Shown: piece by piece, positions 37,277-46,125 of the stretch
Numbering within the stretch: the stretch's first letter is position 1
Layout: every line of letters starts with the position of its first letter
Made by a program: the position numbers and the translations under genes
The notes under the pieces: generated by a model
Told to the model about the DNA's origin: nothing
Database searches by the model: none
Seen by the model: the letters and a program-made list of their open reading frames with translations, nothing else
From: Octopus vulgaris
Taxonomy: Eukaryota
NCBI GenBank assembly: GCA_951406725.2
Contig: OX597823.1
Location: 32,488,001 to 32,552,000 of the forward strand
Direction: 5' to 3'
Length of the DNA stretch: 64,000 nucleotides

Positions 37277-39876
37277 TCATCATCAACTTTTAACATCTAT
37301 CTTCCATGCTGGCATGGCTTAAACAGATTGAGAGAGTCCAACAGATTGCTGAAATACATCATCATCATCGTTTAACATTCACTTTCCATGCTAGCATGGA
37401 TTGGACGATTTGACTGAGGACTGGCGAACCAGATGGCTGCACCAGGCTCCAATCTGATCTGGCAGAGTTTCTACAGCTGGATGCCCTTCCTAACACCAAC
37501 CACTCCAAGAGTGTAGTGAGGGCTTCTACATGCCACCGGCACGAGGGCTAGTCAGGCGGTACTGGCAATGGCCACGCTCAAATGGTGTTTTTTTACGTGC
37601 CACCTGCACAGGAGCCAATAAGGCGGCACTGGCAACGACCTCGCTCGAATGTTTTTCACATGCCACCAACACAAGTGCCATTAAAGCGACGCTGGTAACA
37701 ATCACACTCGAATGGTGCTTTTTACGTGCCACCAGCACAGAAGCCAGGTTGCTGCTCTGGCAACAATCACGCTCGGATGGTGCTCTTAGCGCAACACTAG
37801 CACGGATTTCAGTTATCGAATTTGATTTTGATTACACCTGCCTCAATAGGTCTTTGCAAGCAGTTCCAATATATGTTCTTCCTCTTCCTTATGCCAATTA
37901 CTTTATAGAAAATGGTACCAGTATGTAATACTGTTGATATGTAACAATATCAATGTATTGCTACTACCAATATGTAACAATAGCAATATGTAATAACAAT
38001 ATGTAACTTACACTACTGTGTCATTATAATAATAATTTTACTACAATGATAGCAATATTAGGTATTACCAATATGCAGTATTATCTATAAATGTAATGAC
38101 ACCAATATGTTACATTATGAATAGGAGATGTTATCAATATGTAATGAAACCAATGACTCAGTGAACACTACAATGTTTATACAGTTCTATATTTAAAAGA
38201 TGAGGAATTATGTACATTATTTACATGATTTACATTTGATGGATATTTATCCTCATCTTGTTTGTTGCTAACACAATGTTTTGGCTGATATACCCTCCTG
38301 CCTTCATCAGGTGTCTTGGGGAAATTTCAAACCTGGGTTCTCATTCCTACGGTATTTTTCCAATGTTGTTGCTGTTGCTGCTGCTGTTGTTGTTGTTCAA
38401 GTCACTGCCTGGAATCAAACTCAAAATCTTGGGGTTAGTAGCCCATGCTCTTAACCATTATGCCTTATGCCCATGGGCATATGGCATAGTGGTTAATTAT
38501 TATTATTCAGTGACCTGAATAACAACAACAACAACATTGAAAAATACTTTAGGAATGAGAACCCAGGTTCGAAATTTCCCGAAGACACTTGATGAAGGCT
38601 GGAGGGTGTATCAGCCGAAACGTTGTGTTAACAACAAACAAGATGAGGATAAATATCCGTCAAATGTAAATAATTTACTAAAATGTTTGTTTCAATATCT
38701 TCTTTCAGTTGGATACGTTGACTCACAGTTTGTCGAAATTTGTGCATCCAATATCAAAAATGTAAGTACGACATGATGTGTAGTGTGTGTGTGTGTATGT
38801 GTGTGTACTCGCAGGCATGGCTGTATAGTTAAGAACTTGCTCCCTGACTATATAGTAGTGAGTTCAGTCCCACTGTGGGGTGCCTTGGGCAAGTGTCTTC
38901 TACTATAGCCTCAGGTTAGCCAAAGCCTTGTGAGTGAATTTCCAAGAGAGAAATTGAAAGAATCCTGTTGTATATAAGCTGGTTACTTGGTTTCCACAGT
39001 GTATAAAATCTATGTGGTTGCAACATGAAGCTTGAATGTGTGTGTCTGTGTTTGTCCTCCCACCATCGCTTGACATCCGATGTTGGTATGTTTATGTCCC
39101 CGTAATATAGCAGCTCAGCAAAAGAGACTGATGGAATAAGTACTAGGCTTACAAAGAACTAGTTCTGCGGTCAATATGTTCAACTAAAGGCGGTGCTCCA
39201 GCATGGCCACACTCAACTGACTGAAACAAATAAATGAATATTGTGTGTACTTATTAATACAACACATTTCTATTAAGAAGGCATTGATATAATGATGGGT
39301 CAGGGACCCCCTTCAGTCATGAATGACCATGGAATTGCGCCTACAAAGTTACCCTCTGAGGCACAAGTCTGGGCAAGGTTGTTTATGGAAGACCAGCAGT
39401 CACCCATGCATACCAGCCTCCCCTCTCCACACCACCGATGCTATCCAAGGGAAAGGCAATGGGGCCAATACAGCTTGGCACCAGTGACATTGCCACTCAT
39501 TTCTACAGCTGAGTGAACTGAAGCAATGTAAAATAAAGTGTCTTTCTCAAGAACACAACATGTAGCCTGGTCCAAGAATCAAACTCACAACCTCACGATC
39601 ATAAGCTCGATGCTCTAACCACTGAGCCATGCACATTGAGTATTAAGTAGGCATTGATATAATGATGAGTAACCATTGAGTATTAAGTAGGCATTGGTAA
39701 TTGATAACAGCACTGCAGAATATATTTTTTGATATAGTAAGACAGTCATATTATATATCTCTTGAGATAATAGCCCTTGTATGTGATATCAAATTTTAAA
39801 TCTATCCTCTCTCTCTCTCTCTCACTGTCCACAGGTCATGGGAATTGGTCACTCACAGACGCAGTCTTCAGAGTAA
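12217..39876 (+). CDS. FYB1: FYN-binding protein (FYB/ADAP/PRAM1 family)-like adaptor with one helically extended SH3 domain; spliced CDS join(12217-13144,18572-18614,21254-21357,25903-25952,27942-27985,30449-30536,33516-33566,36125-36287,38709-38761,39835-39876); 5' incomplete
   Basis: Ten exons with polypyrimidine-AG acceptors and GT donors whose phases chain without a stop (1566 nt, 521 aa plus stop). The C-terminal part EKEEKKMRAKLK-MDGTEQVL...GKLDLAIKKGDRINILRMHNNPAGKWLAKSEDGRLGYVDSQFVEI matches the hSH3 pattern of ADAP/FYB as recalled (K/E helix, FKL.G, I.I.R...NP.GKWL.R...G.YGY). The N-terminal VSALKARF resembles the FYB start VKSLMAK(F/Y). The symbol is a family-level call; orthology is untested. 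Confidence 0.82.
16660..16870 (+). mobile_element. SINE family B copy
   Basis: gcgagctggcaga...cggggtcaataaattaagtaccagttacac...ttgtgggtagtaaagaaat. Confidence 0.8.
17113..17500 (-). mobile_element. SINE family A copy
   Basis: Reverse complement of the 1321-1673 element, from the head (aggcgcaggagtggctgtgtggtaag) to the tail. Confidence 0.85.
17640..18392. repeat. Diverged tandem duplication, period about 325-365 bp, about 2.1 copies
   Basis: tatttac(t)aaa.gagaaac...tttatgg recurs at about 17648, 17973 and 18339; agaatgctgcttg recurs at about 17828 and 18173. Confidence 0.75.
18572..18614 (+). CDS. FYB1: FYB-like exon (KSNDTSQGQERCSL)
   Basis: ttttttcctttcag|AATCT...CTAAT|gtaagt; 43 nt, phase 1 to 2, which bridges the neighbouring exons exactly. 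Confidence 0.75.
19566..19783. mobile_element. piggyBac-type (TTAA) MITE, 218 bp
   Basis: TTAA-CCCTTTCATTAC ... GTAACGAAAGGG-TTAA. A degenerate relative spans about 44378-44791 and is split by a family D insertion. Confidence 0.8.
19811..20015. repeat. About 200 bp fold-back hairpin centred at 19907/19908
   Basis: Centre ttctgagat|atctcagaa; arms catttagaatatttaatt / aattaaatattctaaatg. Confidence 0.8.
20020..20232. repeat. (TA)n/(CA)n compound microsatellite, representative of dozens in the window (e.g. 306-362, 45345-45665, 46020-46125, 49844-49932)
   Basis: Directly visible. Confidence 0.95.
20704..20900 (-). mobile_element. SINE family B copy
   Basis: Reverse complement of the 9563-9797 unit, with an internal deletion. 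Confidence 0.8.
21254..21357 (+). CDS. FYB1: FYB-like exon (IPDMTEEEEEIEDSTSSQSSSTTGYRPIPPPPRKP)
   Basis: tttttttattcag|TCCTGAC...AAACCCG|gtaagt; 104 nt, phase 2 to 1; acidic stretch plus a proline-rich SH3-ligand-type motif. Confidence 0.85.
23480..23860 (-). mobile_element. Family C-related diverged copy
   Basis: (cat)n tail, ccatgctggcatgggttgg and ggatgcccttcctaatgccaaccac. Confidence 0.65.
23900..25190 (+). mobile_element. Decayed RTE-clade LINE (RT core to C-terminus)
   Basis: GVH*GSILSSFLF (GV.QG..LSP.LF), GCSWK-LYAGGL (ELLYADDL), GPCLICRKGIG and DSFCYLG, with many frameshifts. Confidence 0.72.
25903..25952 (+). CDS. FYB1: FYB-like exon (VASSTSSDQTYDDIGNT)
   Basis: atttattccag|TTGCT...AATACG|gtaagt; 50 nt, phase 1 to 0; YDDI motif. 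Confidence 0.82.
26075..26347. mobile_element. Family D element (tRNA-like head plus hammerhead motif): minus copy followed by a short inverted 3' fragment
   Basis: The minus strand reads GGCATATGGCGTAGTGGTTAAG...GAGTTCGATTCCAGGC...gacactggatgaaggctggaggatatatcagccgaaacgttgtgtt; the + fragment aataatgtacatagttcctcatctcttaaatatagaactgt follows. Confidence 0.8.
27942..27985 (+). CDS. FYB1: FYB-like exon (PRVDESDDAYDDLT)
   Basis: cttttccatttcag|CCAAGA...ACTGA|gtaagt; 44 nt, phase 0 to 2; YDDL motif in an acidic context. Confidence 0.82.
28540..28978. mobile_element. Inverted-repeat element with arms of about 155 bp, probably a Penelope-like terminal-repeat relic
   Basis: Arms 28540-28700 and 28822-28978 are reverse complements and each carries the hammerhead-like motif. 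Confidence 0.65.
28858..28893 (+). ncRNA. Minimal hammerhead-like motif (core variant CUGUUGA) in the right arm of an inverted repeat
   Basis: CTTT-CTGTTGA-A-GAGC-ATAG-GCTC-GAAAC-GTA-AAAG; mirror copy on the minus strand at about 28634-28669. Confidence 0.55.
29460..30066 (-). mobile_element. CpG-rich coding-like fragment, probably the end of a retroelement ORF1
   Basis: 112-aa minus ORF with a KGKRKKKKK basic patch, a duplicated SVGCVPP and an acidic tail; GC and CpG content well above the flanks; no usable splice phase with the host gene. Family not recognised. Confidence 0.4.
30449..30536 (+). CDS. FYB1: FYB-like exon (DFQENEKKREKEQKERRDKEEKKRKEKEEK), charged coiled coil
   Basis: ctcttctctag|CTTCCAG...GAGAAG|gttagt; 88 nt, phase 2 to 0. 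Confidence 0.82.
30795..31090. repeat. (GATA)n/(GGCA)n/(GATT)n compound microsatellite
   Basis: Directly visible. Confidence 0.95.
32875..33405 (+). mobile_element. Non-autonomous retroelement family C with internal ggcacgtaaaaagcacc repeats and an RTE-type (GAT)n tail
   Basis: Tandem sub-repeats, then ggaatggcatccagctgtagaaac...aacccatgctagcatggaaaacggacgttaaacgat(gat)n. Confidence 0.75.
33516..33566 (+). CDS. FYB1: FYB-like exon (ERRKQEKEEKKMRAKLK), N-terminal helix of hSH3
   Basis: tttttttttcatag|GAGAGG...CTTAAA|gtaggt; 51 nt, phase 0 to 0. Confidence 0.85.
33900..34392. mobile_element. Family D head-to-head inverted pair (about 490 bp fold-back)
   Basis: Left arm on the minus strand, right arm on the plus strand; axis at taaccactatgcatagtggtta (about 34171). 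Confidence 0.85.
34669..35162 (+). mobile_element. Possible non-autonomous Helitron/Helentron-like element
   Basis: Starts aactagcagctaagcccggtttcacccggtc, which resembles ACTAG...CCCGG-hairpin ends of such elements as recalled; CpG-richer than its flanks; bounded by a direct repeat of about 43 bp. Confidence 0.45.
35335..35919 (-). mobile_element. SINE family A copy, with about 125 bp inserted in its central (TA)n tract
   Basis: Full head and tail in reverse orientation; an unrelated segment at about 35592-35714 lies between two (TA)n runs. Confidence 0.85.
36125..36287 (+). CDS. FYB1: FYB-like exon, hSH3 core (MDGTEQVLSEGTYTGEVFKPGKLDLAIKKGDRINILRMHNNPAGKWLAKSEDGR)
   Basis: ggtccacag|ATGGAT...GGTCGAC|gtaagt; 163 nt, phase 0 to 1; SH3 signatures DL...KGD.I.IL and NP.GKWL. 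Confidence 0.92.
36550..36695. repeat. About 145 bp fold-back hairpin, 260 nt downstream of the hSH3 exon
   Basis: acatgtttcatttgctaatagga / tcctattagcaaatgaaacatgt; centre tgtacat-gttgg-atgtaca. Confidence 0.82.
36711..37197. mobile_element. Tc1/mariner-type MITE
   Basis: TA-CAGGGTGTCCTGTAATTAATTATTT ... AAATAGTTAATTCTGGGACACTCTG imperfect TIRs. Confidence 0.7.
37357..37830 (-). mobile_element. Family C copy
   Basis: Begins with (cat)n-cgtttaac; reverse complement of the family C tail and sub-repeats. Confidence 0.78.
38181..38675. mobile_element. Family D head-to-head inverted pair
   Basis: Same architecture as 33900-34392; axis at tgcccatgggca (about 38473). Confidence 0.85.
38584..38629 (+). 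ncRNA. Minimal type I hammerhead ribozyme motif of family D (this copy carries C3U)
   Basis: Stem I GACAC/GTGTT; core (C>T)TGATGA-A; stem II GGCTG/CAGCC with a 10-nt loop; GAAAC-GTT with palindromic stem III AACGTT. Sister copies at 34303, 47881 and 51379 retain CTGATGA. Confidence 0.72.
38709..38761 (+). CDS. FYB1: FYB-like exon, hSH3 C-terminal strands (LGYVDSQFVEICASNIKN)
   Basis: cttctttcag|TTGGATAC...AAAAAT|gtaagt; 53 nt, phase 1 to 0; completes the SH3 GYV...VEI motif. Confidence 0.88.
38811..39240 (+). mobile_element. SINE family A copy (diverged)
   Basis: Head gcaggcatggctgtatagttaag...gttcagtcccactg with the same body and tail. Confidence 0.8.
39295..39632 (-). mobile_element. tRNA-derived CORE-like SINE
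   Basis: Minus strand gcatggctcagtggttagagc...gagtttgattc...gttgtgttcttgagaaagacactttatttt...cactcagctgtagaaatgag; a related head lies at about 53740-53892. Confidence 0.72.
39835..39876 (+). CDS. FYB1: FYB-like last or penultimate coding exon (VMGIGHSQTQSSE*)
   Basis: (ct)n-cactgtccacag|GTCATG...TCA GAG TAA; phase 0 entry. The stop overlaps a possible donor GA|gtaagg at 39872/39873. Confidence 0.65.
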   Translation, partial: VMGIGHSQTQSSE

Positions 39877-40210
39877 GGCATCTTTCACTAACTTTATTTT
39901 CTCTTATGTAACTTCTGCTACTGTTATTATTGCCTTTACAATGACGAGGTTTTTTTTTGTTTCTTTTCTTACTTAATTTAAAATATATTAAATGTCATTA
40001 AATTATATTATAGCAATCATCATCATGTGTCATCATACTCTTCACTTCACCATCATCTTTGTCTTTTGTATTTATTGTTTTATTATTATTATTATTGCTG
40101 GGGATTTATAATAATAATAATAATAATAATAATCAAAGAGATCTTTATCATTTCTTTCCACCAAATACAACTTCCAGTTTTCTCCATGTTGTTATGAAAA
40201 AAACTGGATG

Positions 40211-40258
<48 letters not shown>

Positions 40259-41344
40259 GCATGTGTGTGTGTGTGTATACACTGTTGGTCTGGTTTGGAG
40301 GAAGGAGCCATGTCCATAAACCTTCATAGAGCTTCAAGACTTGTGTGGCTGTTACCGTTAATGTTCTTTTCTGCCTGCATTGATATAAGTCTGCAGCTTC
40401 AGAAAGATATGCAGTGAGGTGGATATTCCAGAAGACAAATATTAGAGAGAGGAAAGACTGAGCATAATGGCTCAAATGGAGCCTGGAGGGGGTTGGACTA
40501 CAATACAGGCCATGAGAGGTGGGCGAGTAAAGAGTATTTGGGTGGAAGTGACACAAGACCTGAAAGCTCTAATGCACAGAAACTATTATAGTTGCAGTAA
40601 AAAGAAGAAAAAAAGAAAGGGTAAAGCTTGTCTGAAGGTCAGAGGTTAAAAAGTGTTAGTAAATGATTTCATCTTAATCAGTGAAGTGGCTTTTGGGAGA
40701 TGCTGTCAAGATATCTGTATGTGTAGCAGAAGCACTGGCAAAGATTTGGCACTAACATTGCATTGTGTGTCTTACTTGAATCCTGCCAATGTTTTTTTTT
40801 TTTTTTTTTTTTTTTTTTGGTTGGGGGTGAAGTATTTCTGGCTCTGAAGAAAAAAGCCAGTCTTCTAGATTCTCTCTTGACTCTAATGCATGTGTCTGTT
40901 CATTGATTTGTCAGTTAGTTTAACAATCTCAACATGCTACAAAACCATTCAATCCTGACCATAACAAAATTCCAAACACATTAGCTAAAGTAACTCAACC
41001 ATGAAATGCCATTCACAGTATCAGAAATTCCTTGATAAACAAATATGCCCTCAGTCAGTTTTGCAGTTAATTTCCCTTTCAAACCAACAAGTCATTAAAT
41101 TTCCCTAACCTTGAGCAAAATAAAATTCCTGCCTGACAACAATATTCTTAAGTACCACACAAAAGACATGCAAAATCAAAGTTGACAAAATAAAAAACAT
41201 AAATAAAACTTGACCATGTAAAAGCATTTTTAATTAAATTAAAAGACAACTACAGAACAAAAATAAGAATAAATATTCCTTCTCATCAACAAGTACAAAG
41301 AAAATAAACTCCATGCCAAAGGCATAACTAATTGTATGTCTATA

Positions 41345-41792
41345 CTTGTGATGAAGCAAGTGTTGTTATGCATGTGGTGAAGCAAATGTTGTTTATACAT
41401 GTGATGGAGCAAATGTTATACATGTGGTGAGGCAAGTATTGTTATACATGTGGTGAGACAAGTGTTGTTATGCATGTGGTGAAGCAAGTGTTGTTATACA
41501 TGTGGTGAGGCAAGTGTTATACATGTGGTGAGGCAAGTATTGTTATACATGTAGTGAAGCAAATGTTATGCATGTGGTGAAGCAAATGTTATGCATGTGG
41601 TGAGGCAAATTTTGTTATACATGTGTGGTGAGGCAAGTGTTGTTATACATGTGGTGAAGCAAATGTTGTTGTACATGTGGTGAAGCAAGTGTTGTTATGC
41701 ATGTGGTGAGGTCAGTGTTGTTATGCATGTGCAGAGGCAAGTGTTGTTATATATGTGGTGAAGTAAGTGTTGTACATGTGGTGAAGCATGTG
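41345..41792. repeat. Minisatellite, unit about 23-26 bp (gtgttgttatacatgtggtgaggcaa), about 17 copies
   Basis: Directly visible tandem array. Confidence 0.92.
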
Positions 41793-41799
41793 CTGTTAG

Positions 41800-43100
41800 C
41801 CTTGACATTGCAGATGGTTTTGTGGTATGCTGGTCTTCTCCAAAAGCTTATATCATTTGGAATTTCTGGAAGGTTCCTTTGGATTATTTTCTCAATAGAT
41901 TTGGCATTACATTTATTTTAAACAGCTTTTCGTCTACTTATTCCATCTCATGTGGTGTTCAAGATTCTATTCTTGGTCCACTCTTATTCTTAGTTTCTAT
42001 TTAAGATCTTGGTGATATCACATCTAACCTCATCTTCTTTACTGAGGATACTTTTTTGAATTCTTGATTGAGTGAGAAATATGATTTATCTGATTGGCTG
42101 GGAAAAGCTGGATTTTTTGCGCTCCATATTCAACGACTGATTAGCTGCTTAGTGCTTAAATTTTTTTCTTCCATTAATCATTACAGAAACTGTAACATTT
42201 CCTTTTTCTATGTTTGATATTGTTCTTCCTGAGTCTTCCAGTTTTAGGTTTATTTGTTTCTGATAATTACAAATTAAATTACATTTTAAATCTGTTGCTA
42301 AACCAGCCTGTATGAAGGTTGGTTCTCTATACTCATCTCATTGTTAGCTTTCCTCTATATGTATTACCCGTGGCACGTAAAAGGGCACTATTCGAGCTTG
42401 ATCGTTACCAACGTCGCTTCACTGGCACATGTAAAAAGATTCAAGCGAGGTCATTGCCAGTACCGCCTGACTGGCCCCCATGCCAGTGGCACGTAAAAAA
42501 ACACCCACTACACTCTCGGAGTGGTTGGAGTTAGGAAGGGCATCCAGCTGCAGAAACTCTGCCAGATCAAGATTGGGGCCTGGTGCAGCCATCTGGTTCG
42601 CTAGCCCTCAGTCAAAATCGTCCAACCCATGCTAGCATGGAAAGCAGACGTTAAACAATGATGATGATGTATTCTTCATCTTTAGAAGTCTTTTATTTGC
42701 TCCTGTTAGGGATAATATTGTAAAATTTAAGCCGGTGCTCCTGCAAGTGTTTTTCTCTCCTTGATCATTTAAAAATTTAGTTTCTAACATTGTAGATCAT
42801 GTTTTCTAGTATCATGGGTTTTGTCCAGACCCTTTCTCATCACTGCCAGAACATTGCTCCTTTATCTCTATTCTATAAATACTTCCATGGTTGTTGTTCT
42901 GCCAAAACTTCTTCTCTTAATAACCTCTTAAGATTATTAACTAAATAACTCATCTTTATCATCCTTTCATTCTTGTTGTCCCCTCTCATAAGAAGTGTTT
43001 CTATTCAAGTAGTTTCTTCAAATATCTATCCAATGGAATTTTCTTCTTTCTCGTTGTTTTCCTACAAAACAAATATGATCTTAATTATTTTAAATCTTAC
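41800..43100 (+). mobile_element. Decayed CR1/L2-group LINE RT fragment interrupted by a family C insertion
   Basis: WYAGLLQKLISFGISG and SISCGVQDSILGPLLFLVSI*DL (GVPQGSILGPLLF...INDL). Confidence 0.72.
42366..42668 (+). mobile_element. Family C copy nested in a CR1-type LINE relic
   Basis: ggcacgtaaaa repeats, ggaagggcatccagctgcagaaactc and a (gat)n tail. Confidence 0.78.
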
Positions 43101-43219
43101 ATTGATCATTTAATGGATTTTAAGGCAGCTTCTCCATACATACCAAATGGTTGTTTGTGGCCTGTTTTATTACTGGTTGCTCGCTGCCTCATTGAAAGTA
43201 ACTTTGGTGTGTGTGTGTG

Positions 43220-43264
<45 letters not shown>

Positions 43265-44487
43265 TATATGTGTGGACACACACTCACATACATCTACACT
43301 CACATACCATAATCTTACTGTTTGTTCTTCCTTGTGTTATTTTATGTTGATTATCGTAGATAAGACTATGTAGACACACACACACATATAATATGTTTAT
43401 TTTAATATTACCCCCTGGTTCCCAACTTGGAGAAGGCCCAGTGTGGTGTCTGACTACTTCAGACATACTGATAGTTAGAAACTCCTCTGAAAATTCTAAC
43501 AAAAACAGAAGAAAATAGATCTTGTTTCAGAAATGTAATATTTCTACAAACTGCTGAGAAAGTAAAAGAAGACATATTTGTGTATAATTATAAAGACAAA
43601 GTACCTTTAGTTTTTAGGGGACTAGGGAGGGGATGCTGTTTAGTTTTGGTGTAGGGGCAGGGCGGGGCAAGTAGTGTGTTGATGGGTTCTTCTCTATCCT
43701 TATTTTATTGACATTTACTCTCAGACTTGTGTATGCATATACACACATGCATGTATGCGTGTGTGCACTGTGTGTTCTGTAAGTATGTTAGGGTTTTAGA
43801 CATAACATGTGTACACAGTACCAAAGATATAGGAAACCCACTGTATGTGTGTGTTTATATGTATGTATACATGTGTGTGCATGTATTTGTGTATACTCAC
43901 AAAACAGAGGTGTATGTGCATATTTGTACATATTGTATAAGTATGTATATGTATACATATGTTGTATGTGTATGTATTGTATGAGTGTATGTTTGTGTGT
44001 GTGTATATATATATATATATGGTTACAAGTGTGTTTATGTATGCAGAATTGTGGATTGAGCAAGGAAGGTGGATAATGAACTTTTGAAACCAGTAATTTA
44101 TTTAAATTCATCATCATCACCATCATCAACATCACTATTATCATTATCACCACTTCTCCATGTTTGTGTGGGTTGAATAGGTCTTTTTCAATACAGCATC
44201 TCGCCATTTGTGACAGTCTTTATCATCTCTTTTGTACAGTTAACTTTCTTTAAAGGCAGCTTTCACAACTACATCCCACATCTCCTTTGGCCTTCCTCTT
44301 CAGAGGTAATATTTCTTGATGGCCAGTCAAGTTTTCATAAAAGATCCAGGATATAGAATAAACTATCATACTGGACATTAACTCTTTTGTTGCCATATTT
44401 CTGTTGGAATACAGCACCTTCGATTAATTATGAAAATAGTTACTTTCTCAGAATAACTTTATCATCATTAATCTAGTATTTGGAACA

Positions 44488-44714
44488 TAATTTACATTTG
44501 ACGGATATTTGTCCCCATCTTTGTTGTTAGCACATTTCAGCTGATATATCGCCCAGCCTTCTTCAGGTGTCTTGGGGAAACCTTAGGAATGAGAACCCAG
44601 GTTCGAAATTTCCCCCAAGACACCTGAAGAAGTCTGGAGGGTATATCAGCCAAAACATTGTGTTAACAACAAACAAGAAGAGGACAAATATCCGTCAAAT
44701 GTAAAGAATGTAAA
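44488..44714. mobile_element. Family D inverted pair lacking the tRNA head, nested in a degenerate TTAA MITE
   Basis: tttacatttgacggatatttgtcc...cttcttcaggtgtcttggggaaa / ccccaagacacctgaagaag...ggacaaatatccgtcaaatgtaaa. Confidence 0.82.
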
Positions 44715-45527
44715 TTTAAATCATTTGAAAACAGGAAGTTTATATTGTAGAACCAGGGTTGGTCTCAGGTAGGCTGGTATAAAAATGTTTATATTGTATG
44801 TGTATCTTTTTTCTTTATTTCAAACATTATAAAAATTAACAAGTCTGATTCATAGATTATATTACTTGAATATTTTATTACTACAAATTTATTTGTTATA
44901 ATGTTACTATTATAGAACAAACTACGCCATGATATTTGAAACCTTACGCTAGTATTTTGAAGATTTGATTTTTGCAACGAGAAACTTTAATTATCTACAG
45001 CAGTTCCAATGTATGCTATCTTATACATTGTCTTTTAAGAGAGATGGGAAAGAAAGTGTATGAGAGGGAATTAAAAAGAGATTGCAAGAGAAGGCGAAAA
45101 CTGAAAAAAGATGGAGGAAGTAGAACAGTTAATGTTAATGTCTTTCACACTAACACTCCACTACAACTATCATTCTTTCATCATCTCTTTTCTTGAATCC
45201 TCATTCATTTATTCCAGTGGAGCATCTTAGACTCAAAATTTTTTCTTTATGCATTATTCTGGGGGTAAATTTTGGATTTGTGCATAAATTTTGGAAAAGA
45301 TTCATTGGGAAATGGTAGCATTTTTTCAAGACAGATGAACATTGTCACACAAACACACACATGCATTCACGTGCGCGCGCACACACACACACACACACAC
45401 ACATATGCTCACACTCACACATGTAAGCATAAATATATATTTGTATATATGTGCACATATATATGTATAGATGCATATATACATGTATAGATGCACATAT
45501 ATATATGCTTGTATATGTGCATATGTA

Positions 45528-45575
<48 letters not shown>

Positions 45576-45595
45576 TATATGTGTATGTGTGTATA

Positions 45596-45642
<47 letters not shown>

Positions 45643-46093
45643 CTAACATTATATATACATATATAAAAGAGACATGGCATTACCAAATGTATAAAGAACA
45701 ATTTTTCAAAGTAAATTTATTTTTCAAAGGTGTCCTGCAAGATATGGCTGGTATTCTCTTTGTTATGGATTTTGGTAAGTTTTGGATGTCTTCAGGCTGC
45801 TGCAGGTTTCTCGCAGATTTTTTAGTTCAAAACACCAAATATTAAAAAAAAAAGTCAAAAAAGCATGAATTTGGTTACTTTTTTTTTTGAATTGTTATTT
45901 TTTCATTTTGTTTATTTTTGTTCCTTCTTTTATGCATGGCACCAGTTTGAATTTCAAAACCTTCATTAGTGACCTATAAAACTGAACTAATGAACAAATT
46001 TCATTTTAATTAGATTTCATTTTATTATTATTATCATTATTATTTTTATTATTATTATTATTATCATTATTATTATTATCATCATTATTATTA

Positions 46094-46125
<32 letters not shown>

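Noticed and set aside
41345-41792. Regular array of about 25 bp that could be mistaken for a CRISPR array
   Set aside because: Head-to-tail units without unique spacers, eukaryotic context and no cas genes; it is a minisatellite.
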